A DNA stretch of 24,000 nt from an uncultured Candidatus Saccharibacteria bacterium (GTDB lineage: Bacteria > Patescibacteriota > Saccharimonadia > Saccharimonadales > 2-12-FULL-41-12): positions 1 through 24,000 of the forward strand of contig CAZIMF010000006.1 in the NCBI GenBank assembly GCA_964540445.1, given 5' to 3'. Shown here piece after piece: positions 16,418 through 22,526 of this stretch. Made by a program: the position numbers and the translations under genes. Under the pieces are notes generated by a model. It was not told where the DNA came from, did not search any database, and was given only the letters and a program-made list of their open reading frames with translations. Numbering within the stretch: position 1 is the stretch's first letter; each line of letters begins with the position of its first letter.

Positions 16418-17092
16418 TTAGTATTTGAAGCTGAGGAATTCTTCAGAGCTTAGAAGTGAGCGCAACTGCTGGATATTTAATGAATAGTTTTGGTTAGCGT
16501 ATTCGACAATTCCCTTGCGGCGTAACTTATTAAGCTCTGTTGAGGTTGTTTCTCGGGTAAGCCCGGTCATATTGGCGAGATCTTGGTGGGTGATGCGTAG
16601 ATCGATCCGCTCCCAACCATCATTTGGATTTTTAAGGCTCGGGAAGCGCATGAGTAAGTACTGCAGCATATGAATAATCTTTTCGTTACCTTTTGATTGC
16701 TCAAGGGCATTTATTTCTAGCAGTGATCCTACGAAGGAAGAGGCATAGTGCTCGAACATGAAGTTTGTAATGCTGGGTGTGGTTTTGATTGCTTCAAGTA
16801 GTTCTTCTCGGGGTATACGATGAAAACTGCAGGGTGTAAATGCATCATAATAATAAAGACTTACCGGTGACTTTTTGAAAACCCAAGCCGGAGGCAATAA
16901 GTCTCCTATTGACATGAAGTTTATAATTTTTTCATCGCCGGCTCCACCAATATCATAAATTTTGACAATTCCCTCAGTTAGAATATATGCATGACGTGGT
17001 ACTTCACCTTGATAAAATATCGGTTCACCGGCATCTCGTTTTTGGACCGGGTGTTGTTTGCAGATAGTAAGTAATTCGTCGGGAATACGCAT
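16418..17092 (-). CDS. Crp/Fnr-family transcriptional regulator
   Basis: 224 aa. N-terminal cNMP-binding-like beta-roll (IFYQGEVPRHAYILTEGIVKIY). C-terminal HTH ITHQDLANMTGLTRETTSTELNKLRRKGIV. Confidence 0.85.
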   Translation of the reverse strand: MRIPDELLTICKQHPVQKRDAGEPIFYQGEVPRHAYILTEGIVKIYDIGGAGDEKIINFMSIGDLLPPAWVFKKSPVSLYYYDAFTPCSFHRIPREELLEAIKTTPSITNFMFEHYASSFVGSLLEINALEQSKGNEKIIHMLQYLLMRFPSLKNPNDGWERIDLRITHQDLANMTGLTRETTSTELNKLRRKGIVEYANQNYSLNIQQLRSLLSSEEFLSFKY

Positions 17093-17098
17093 GTAGAT

Positions 17099-17104
17099 TA
17101 TTCT
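17099..17104 (-). promoter_or_regulatory. Weak -10-like box 6 nt upstream of the crp-family ATG
   Basis: On the - strand: CAGAAT, 6 nt (AATCTA), ATG (17092). There is no SD within normal spacing. Confidence 0.25.
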
Positions 17105-17225
17105 GGTCTCCAGTTTACCCTTGCCTAAGTTTCAACGTAGCACGAAAATACTCGCGTCGTTCTACTTACTAGACTACCATGTTCTGGCTTATTTTTGTGA
17201 CCGGCTGTATTTTTTACACTGCGAG

Positions 17226-17420
17226 TTAGTCATCTAATGTATCTTTATTAGTTATCTCTGTTATTTCGTCGTTGTCCTCTGTATTTCGGCTAATCCAGGT
17301 GCTATCCCTGCTCTGCATATAGAGTGAGTGACGATACATAGACTTATCTACGTTGTTTGCTTTGGCGCTGTTACGTTTGCCTCCAAGTTGTATCCGAAAA
17401 TATTTAAAATTCTTAACCAT
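17226..17420 (-). CDS. Hypothetical small protein (64 aa) with a basic N-terminus and an acidic C-terminus
   Basis: ORF only. Weak SD AAAGG 6 nt upstream. No family recognised. A + strand terminator immediately upstream makes the coding status uncertain. Confidence 0.3.
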   Translation of the reverse strand: MVKNFKYFRIQLGGKRNSAKANNVDKSMYRHSLYMQSRDSTWISRNTEDNDEITEITNKDTLDD

Positions 17421-17445
17421 TAGTTACCTTTTTAATTTAATATGT

Positions 17446-17478
17446 GGCAAGCATAGTGTGCGCATGCTTGCCTTTTTT
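17446..17478 (+). terminator. Intrinsic terminator-like hairpin with a T6 tail, with no obvious + strand gene upstream
   Basis: GGCAAGCAT (17446-17454) / ATGCTTGCC (17464-17472), 9-nt loop, then TTTTTT (17473-17478). Confidence 0.5.
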
Positions 17479-17711
17479 ATCGACCGTTGCATTTACAGTG
17501 TCAATGAAAGACATGCCGTACTTTGAGCGCACAGTATGCACTCGGCTCGGGTAGACATATTTTGTTTGTTGTACGTGATTGATCATCGTACTTACCATTC
17601 TGGAGCTTTTGGTAGGTAAGCACTATGAGAAATCTAACAATAAAATACCTAAGGAGTTATTTATTTTTTTGTGAAATAAATTACAGTCGCCAATGCTCTT
17701 GAGGGGAGACA

Positions 17712-17888
17712 ATGATTATGCTTAGTAAAGCTAAAAAGGAGCCAACTAAAATGGGTAAAACACATAGAAAAGATCCATTACAAACCGAATACGATACTGA
17801 AGAAAAGTTAATGGAACTTTATGACAAACTAGCAAGCCAATGGGCACGTAAAGTCGAGGCTGCTAATAAGGGCAAAGCAAACGCTTAA
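17712..17888 (+). CDS. Hypothetical small Lys/Glu-rich protein (58 aa; 45 aa if started at the internal ATG)
   Basis: Below the ORF-track cutoff. Translation: MIMLSKAKKEPTKMGKTHRKDPLQTEYDTEEKLMELYDKLASQWARKVEAANKGKANA. SD GAGGGGAG ahead of ATG 17712, and AAGGAG ahead of the internal ATG 17751. It has its own downstream terminator. Confidence 0.45.
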   Translation: MIMLSKAKKEPTKMGKTHRKDPLQTEYDTEEKLMELYDKLASQWARKVEAANKGKANA

Positions 17889-17913
17889 AAAGCTTTCACT
17901 TTCTACGAAATTC

Positions 17914-17950
17914 AATCGACGCCATAAATAATTATGACGTCGATTTTTAT
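17914..17950 (+). terminator. Intrinsic terminator of the small + strand ORF
   Basis: AATCGACG (17914-17921) / CGTCGATT (17938-17945), followed by a T-run overlapping the stem end (TTTTTAT). Confidence 0.45.
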
Positions 17951-17970
17951 TCCCTGTTGCCATTACTCAA

Positions 17971-18003
17971 AATAAAAAAGAGATCCCGCATAGGGATCTC
18001 TTT
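17971..18003 (-). terminator. Intrinsic terminator of the 344-aa repeat-protein gene
   Basis: 11-bp stem AAAGAGATCCC (17977-17987) / GGGATCTCTTT (17993-18003) with loop GCATA. On the - strand it is followed by TTTTTTATT. It lies 18 nt past the stop codon. Confidence 0.7.
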
Positions 18004-18020
18004 AGTTGTCATTCAGCTAT

Positions 18021-19055
18021 CTAGTTTTGAACGTTGAATGAGGTGTTTGAATTCGCACCATTTGCTGCACTGCCCGTACCTGCACCACCAGCAGATGTAT
18101 TGTTAGCAGTAGTCGCAGATCCGCTGCTCGCAGTTTGGTTATTGATGTTGGTTGCGCTTAGGTTGTTCGTGTTAGTTACGTTTACATTACGAGTATTAGT
18201 ATTTGAAATCACATTGTTAGAGTTGGGTCCGGTTGTGTTGATTGAGGAGTTAGAGCCTCCACCAGCACCTGCACCGCCGCCACCGGCTCCACCAGCACCG
18301 CCAAATCCGCCGCTGTTGTTAAGCACGCCATTAACGCCGTTGCTGGAATTATTGCCCGCGTTGCCGCTGCCAGCGCCTCCTCCGAAGGTATTATTGCCAC
18401 TAAAGGCTCCTCCACTACCGGCTAGTTGGCCATTCACATTCAGTAATCCAATATTGTTAAGGTTTGCTTGATTAGCAGAAGAGCTGTTAGCGTTGGTAAT
18501 GGCATTGTTTGAACCAGGACCAGTATTGCCAATTGTGCTATTAGAGCCTCCGGCACCACCTAAGCAGGCTGCAGCTGCACTCCCTGCACCACCATTATTT
18601 ACATTGAAGCTCATATTGTTTGAGCTGTTATTGAAAGCGTTGCCGGTTGTAGCTCCGCCACCACCTGCTGCTACTGAGCCCCAAGCACCTTGTAGACCAG
18701 CTATGTAAGCATTAACAGCTGCTTGCCACTGAGCATATGTGTAGCCTTGGGCTTGCCATACTGCAGGGTCGTACGCTCCCCAGCCACCTCCAATTCCGCC
18801 GGCATTTGTATTATTTGCCACAGTGGCATTACCACTTATGGCTGATTGGTTATTCATATTTGTTGCATTAATTAAGTTAGTATTGCCCACCATACAATTT
18901 GAAGTGTCTGTATTTGTTATTACGTTGTTTGAACCCGGGCCTGTCGTTGCGATAGTTGCAACCTGAGCTGATGCCACGCTTGCGAACCCAAAAAAAGCAG
19001 TCAATAATGCTGCAATTGCCAGATTAAAGCCGCGTGAAATATGCGCTTTTGTCAT
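18021..19055 (-). CDS. Secreted Asn/Gly/Thr/Ala-rich repeat protein with three 'TGPGSNNxI(T/S)NT' units
   Basis: 344 aa. Signal peptide ..AALLTAFFGFASVASA-Q. Strong SD GGAGGAG. Three repeat units of roughly 50-70 aa (about residues 35-86, 176-240 and 272-344) are separated by poly-Gly/Ala linkers and a Trp/Tyr/Gln-rich segment (GGWGAYDPAVWQAQGYTYAQWQAAVNAYIAGLQGAWG). No sortase or lipobox signal. Confidence 0.85.
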   Translation of the reverse strand: MTKAHISRGFNLAIAALLTAFFGFASVASAQVATIATTGPGSNNVITNTDTSNCMVGNTNLINATNMNNQSAISGNATVANNTNAGGIGGGWGAYDPAVWQAQGYTYAQWQAAVNAYIAGLQGAWGSVAAGGGGATTGNAFNNSSNNMSFNVNNGGAGSAAAACLGGAGGSNSTIGNTGPGSNNAITNANSSSANQANLNNIGLLNVNGQLAGSGGAFSGNNTFGGGAGSGNAGNNSSNGVNGVLNNSGGFGGAGGAGGGGAGAGGGSNSSINTTGPNSNNVISNTNTRNVNVTNTNNLSATNINNQTASSGSATTANNTSAGGAGTGSAANGANSNTSFNVQN

Positions 19056-19176
19056 AAGTATTCTCCTCCACGTTATGCTTAAGTAATTACAATTTCAATA
19101 GTGGTACACTACCCTGTTATAAATCTGTGAATTATTTAACAATTTGTAAATTCAAACAAGAATTTGGTGCAATATA

Positions 19177-19845
19177 CTATGATTGAGCTGGACGGCGTTT
19201 ATTGGAACCCAGTTGATTGATGTAAGAAGCCGTTGAGTGAACGGCCAACAAAACAAAAAATATAAAGGATATATATGACAACGCAAATACACCACCCTTT
19301 ACTAGATGGGTTGCGCCGTCTCCACTTAACGTTCCATGGGATAAGTAGCTGACAATAGTGAACCAAGCAAGAAATGTTGCAAGCTTACCATACTGCGAAG
19401 GATGAATTACTAGTTTGCGGCTGCGTCCTATTAGTGAAGCAATGGCGTTAAGCAGGCTTTGCGCGATAATAGCGGCAACAAACAATGCCGGCAACAAATT
19501 AAAGGCAATAATGACGATGAGTCCAAAAAAGACAGTTGTTTTGTCGAGCGTTGTATCAATTATTTCGCCTAACGGGCTCTTGGTACCGGTATGATGCGCA
19601 ATATAACCATCAAAGACATCGGCCAAGCGCCCAATAACTATAAACAGTAACCCTGATAGTGTTACGCCATCACCGAATTTCAAAAAACCAATTATTACCA
19701 TGGCTGCACCGAGTAAACTAAGTATATTTGCAGGAGTTACTATGCCGTTCGTACGGGCAGCAACTTTTTGCCAATAGTTCCATTTTTCGGGCTTTATGAA
19801 TTGCCAGTCAGCCTTTTTGCCAGCAGTGTGCATATTAATAGCCAT
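19177..19845 (-). CDS. CDP-alcohol phosphatidyltransferase family protein (PgsA/PssA-type II-like)
   Basis: Signature D-x2-DG-x2-AR..G-x3-D-x3-D is present as DVFDGYIAHHTGTKSPLGEIIDTTLDK. Multiple TM segments. Start placed at the ATG at 19845 (MAINMHTAGKK), which removes the overlap with the divergent gene. The track start at 19953 is the alternative. Confidence 0.8.
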   Translation of the reverse strand: MAINMHTAGKKADWQFIKPEKWNYWQKVAARTNGIVTPANILSLLGAAMVIIGFLKFGDGVTLSGLLFIVIGRLADVFDGYIAHHTGTKSPLGEIIDTTLDKTTVFFGLIVIIAFNLLPALFVAAIIAQSLLNAIASLIGRSRKLVIHPSQYGKLATFLAWFTIVSYLSHGTLSGDGATHLVKGGVFALSYISFIFFVLLAVHSTASYINQLGSNKRRPAQS

Positions 19846-19851
19846 ATATAA

Positions 19852-19860
19852 ACGATAGCA
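19852..19860 (-). promoter_or_regulatory. Extended -10-like box placed for a leaderless phosphatidyltransferase mRNA
   Basis: On the - strand: TGcTATCGT, 6 nt (TTATAT), ATG (19845). Confidence 0.35.
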
Positions 19861-19871
19861 TGGATTAGGAA

Positions 19872-19880
19872 TGTTACAAT
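19872..19880 (+). promoter_or_regulatory. Extended -10 box placed for a leaderless CarS-like mRNA
   Basis: TGtTACAAT, 8 nt (TACAGGTG), ATG at 19889. Confidence 0.45.
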
Positions 19881-19888
19881 TACAGGTG

Positions 19889-20443
19889 ATGAACAGTATT
19901 CTATTTGCCCTATGGTTTTTTATTCCGGCTGGCGTTGCTAATATGGCGCCCATTATTGCAGCCCATCTCCCCTACTTGTCAAAATTCAATGCACCATTGG
20001 ATTACGGAATGAAGTATAGAGGTAAGCCTATTTTCGGAAAAAATAAAACATGGCGCGGACTGGTTAGCGGGATTGTGGCTGCTTCACTTGTGGTATATAT
20101 ACAACAACTTATTTGGCAAACTGGCGATATACATTTTTTAACTTCAGATTCAATGAATTATATCTATTATTCGCCACTCCTATTAGGCGCCCTGTTCGGC
20201 GCAGGAGCCTTACTGGGTGATGCGACCGAAAGTTTTTTTAAGCGGCAACGTGGCACACTGCCTGGTAAAAGCTGGTTCCCATTTGATCAGATTGATTATA
20301 TTATCGGCGGTTGTCTTGCTTTAGCGTTTGTGGCACGGTTAAGCATCCTGGAGTACCTATTGATCCTCTGGATTTGGTTTGTGATGCATCTATTTTTTAG
20401 TTACCTTGGCTATTTGCTGAAACTTAAATCTCAACCAATTTGA
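19889..20443 (+). CDS. CarS-like CDP-lipid synthase (CDP-archaeol synthase family, DUF46-type CTP-transferase)
   Basis: Family landmarks: IPAGVANMAP (archaeal PAYVANG.P), GKNKTWRG (GdgKTWRG), GALLGDATESFFKRQRG (GDl.gSFiKRR.G), FPFDQIDY (DQlDf). About 185 aa and polytopic. The alternative start at 19871 adds 6 aa. Confidence 0.7.
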   Translation: MNSILFALWFFIPAGVANMAPIIAAHLPYLSKFNAPLDYGMKYRGKPIFGKNKTWRGLVSGIVAASLVVYIQQLIWQTGDIHFLTSDSMNYIYYSPLLLGALFGAGALLGDATESFFKRQRGTLPGKSWFPFDQIDYIIGGCLALAFVARLSILEYLLILWIWFVMHLFFSYLGYLLKLKSQPI

Positions 20444-20446
20444 TTG

Positions 20447-21493
20447 TTATAGGGCTGTTATCCAGTTTCTGGCTGCTGCAATAAAGTCTTTTGAAGTGCT
20501 ATGGAGGGCCATTTCGGCTGTTCCCAAATCGACACCCATTTTTACAAAATTATGACTGCCAATAATAGCTTCTTTTTCACTGATTAAGATTTTTGCATGA
20601 AGATAGTCGCGGTCCATGTTTAGTTGGTTTTCAAAAACATTTTCAGGCAAGCGTTTTCGATTATAGGCAACGGTCCGCTTTTGAACGCCGCGAATTAAAC
20701 TATTATGTTGGTCGGGATGGTTATACGCTAAGTGCACGTTAACTCCGCGGTAGTGAGCCCGCGCTAATTCGGCAGGCGTACGGTTATTAGGAAAGTACTG
20801 ACAGGTCATATAAACACGATTCGTGGCGCTACTTATTAAGTCGAGTGCACGGTCGTAAATAAGTGACTGACGCTTGATACCTGCATCTATTAATAGCTCA
20901 GTTTGATCGTCGACCTTAAAGCTAATATCTTGTTTGAGGAGAGCTCTGCGGACACTTTTATGTTTGATAACATCATGAGTAAATTTGGTAAGGTAATCGG
21001 CTAAGCGCTTATTCTCGGTTCGTACCATCACATCTAGTAGCTCGGGATCGCTTAGGTTGCAGCCACCAATAAATATTTCGTTGTTAATTACGGCAAATTT
21101 TATATGTGCCCGTCCGCCAAACGGATTTTTAAGTGGTCGCGGTGGTTTATTAATAACAACGCAGCGAACACCACTGGCACGCAACGAATTGACTGCCTCA
21201 ACAACTGGCTTAAATTCGCCGTAACCCATTTTTGGATCCTTTTTTCTGAAAAAGAGCGGTCCCGGAACAGCCCCAACCTTGAGCATAAAAGAGTATGCAT
21301 CAACCAAGAATGTTACATCAGCTCCCTGTTTTGCGGCAGTACGCAGGCCAGCGAGTATCTCCTGAATTTTTTCTTTATCAGGCTGAAATTCCATTGTTGC
21401 TAAAATGATAGAATCACCTGTCTTAGCTGCGTTAAAGCTAGTTATGAGATGGTTGAAATACTGTTGCCTATTAACAAGTTTATAATTAATCAT
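20447..21493 (-). CDS. Phospholipase D superfamily protein with two HKD motifs (cardiolipin synthase / PssA-like)
   Basis: HKD-like motif 1 HIKFAVINNEIFIGGCN and motif 2 HAKILISEKEAIIGSHN. Start placed at ATG 21493 (MINYKLV), preceded by TACAAT. The track start at 21649 overlaps the upstream gene by 107 nt. Confidence 0.75.
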   Translation of the reverse strand: MINYKLVNRQQYFNHLITSFNAAKTGDSIILATMEFQPDKEKIQEILAGLRTAAKQGADVTFLVDAYSFMLKVGAVPGPLFFRKKDPKMGYGEFKPVVEAVNSLRASGVRCVVINKPPRPLKNPFGGRAHIKFAVINNEIFIGGCNLSDPELLDVMVRTENKRLADYLTKFTHDVIKHKSVRRALLKQDISFKVDDQTELLIDAGIKRQSLIYDRALDLISSATNRVYMTCQYFPNNRTPAELARAHYRGVNVHLAYNHPDQHNSLIRGVQKRTVAYNRKRLPENVFENQLNMDRDYLHAKILISEKEAIIGSHNFVKMGVDLGTAEMALHSTSKDFIAAARNWITAL

Positions 21494-21500
21494 TAGTTGT

Positions 21501-21506
21501 ATTGTA
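21501..21506 (-). promoter_or_regulatory. -10 box placed for a leaderless PLD-family mRNA
   Basis: On the - strand: TACAAT, 7 nt (ACAACTA), ATG (21493). No SD. Confidence 0.45.
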
Positions 21507-21542
21507 TTTCCTGTACAAAATCCTGTAAATATATTATTCGAC

Positions 21543-22460
21543 TCATTTGAATGTAGTGACCGTTTGTTCAGTAACTTGTTTGAATAATTTTTGCCCCATA
21601 GCATAGTCATACGATGGAGTGTACGACTTAGAGTAAATAACAATAACAAATGGTGCGCTACCGTTGTCGATTACTCCTACCTCGTGAACTCTGTCAGCAA
21701 GGTAGCCAGCTTTGTGATAGAGCACTGAACCTTGAGGCACCCCTGGCGGTATAAAGCGCTCCTCAGATGTATTTTGCATCCAGGATAGTAATAATTTCGT
21801 GTGGTCGTCGTTTATAAGTTTACGGTTATACAAAAGCGCCATAAGCTGAGCCATATCATTCGATGTAATGGTGTTCTGTTCGGGGTTGTAGCTCGCAATG
21901 CCGTGCTCTTTGGCATAGGCGGCCAAATCATTGCGGCCAAGATAGTTATTGAGCGCTAACCATGCATCATTATCGCTATCCTTAACTGCCAATCGTAACT
22001 GGTCTTCTGCTGTTTTCCCGCTGACTTGCGTAGCAAGACTAGTCTGGCCTAACTCAACTTGGTTTAAATAATATAAGGCGGTAAGTATTTTGGTAGTGCT
22101 GGCAGCGATGAATGGATAGCTATCACCCGTTTGTATAAGATTTCCGGAGTTTAGGTCAACCACCGAAACACTTGTGTCATAGGGGTACCTTTTGATTATA
22201 AGATTGAGGGATGCCTGCAACCCCGTAGTGTCTACCTGCCGCTTAGGAGGATCGGGTTTGCTGCTTGATGCAGATACTATGCTCGCCGAAGTATCATGAC
22301 CGTTCTGATTGAAAAAAATATTCTTAGTAATTAGCGTAATCGTGAGTATGCATATACAGATACAGCCTGCTGAAAGGAGTAATGTAGTTCTTTTCTTGCG
22401 ACGATTTACCGATAAGCGACGATCGAATTGGTATGAATGATTTCGTGAAAAAGTTTGCAT
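21543..22460 (-). CDS. Membrane-anchored class-A beta-lactamase-like serine hydrolase
   Basis: S-x-x-K (ASTTK), SDN (DSDND) and a KTG-like KAG (HKAGY) in the correct order and spacing. N-terminal TM LLLSAGCICICILTITLI. Start at ATG 22460, or TTG 22514 as in the ORF track. Confidence 0.7.
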   Translation of the reverse strand: MQTFSRNHSYQFDRRLSVNRRKKRTTLLLSAGCICICILTITLITKNIFFNQNGHDTSASIVSASSSKPDPPKRQVDTTGLQASLNLIIKRYPYDTSVSVVDLNSGNLIQTGDSYPFIAASTTKILTALYYLNQVELGQTSLATQVSGKTAEDQLRLAVKDSDNDAWLALNNYLGRNDLAAYAKEHGIASYNPEQNTITSNDMAQLMALLYNRKLINDDHTKLLLSWMQNTSEERFIPPGVPQGSVLYHKAGYLADRVHEVGVIDNGSAPFVIVIYSKSYTPSYDYAMGQKLFKQVTEQTVTTFK

Positions 22461-22526
22461 ATTTTTATTTACAACCGATTTCAAATGTACCTCGGCTACA
22501 CTTAATTTTAACAAATTTTGAACATG

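Noticed and set aside
17437-17586. 49-aa - strand ORF upstream of the 64-aa ORF
   Set aside because: Not listed as a feature. It has a weak or absent SD and no recognisable family, and its 3' end contains a + strand terminator hairpin. It is mentioned only within the low-coding-island finding.
18034-18708. Pro/Leu/Ala-rich + strand ORFs (18034-18471 and 18493-18708) and an overlapping - strand ORF (18209-18415)
   Set aside because: They lie entirely inside the 344-aa repeat-protein gene. The Pro-rich reading is simply the antisense of GGN/NNT Gly/Asn codons. They have no SD or promoter, and the - strand frame has a signal peptide, SD and terminator.
18990-18996. A7 (T7 on the coding strand) homopolymer in the signal-peptide region of the repeat-protein gene, as a possible phase-variation tract
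   Set aside because: Seven bases is too short for efficient slipped-strand switching, and it simply encodes Phe-Phe-Gly in a hydrophobic core.
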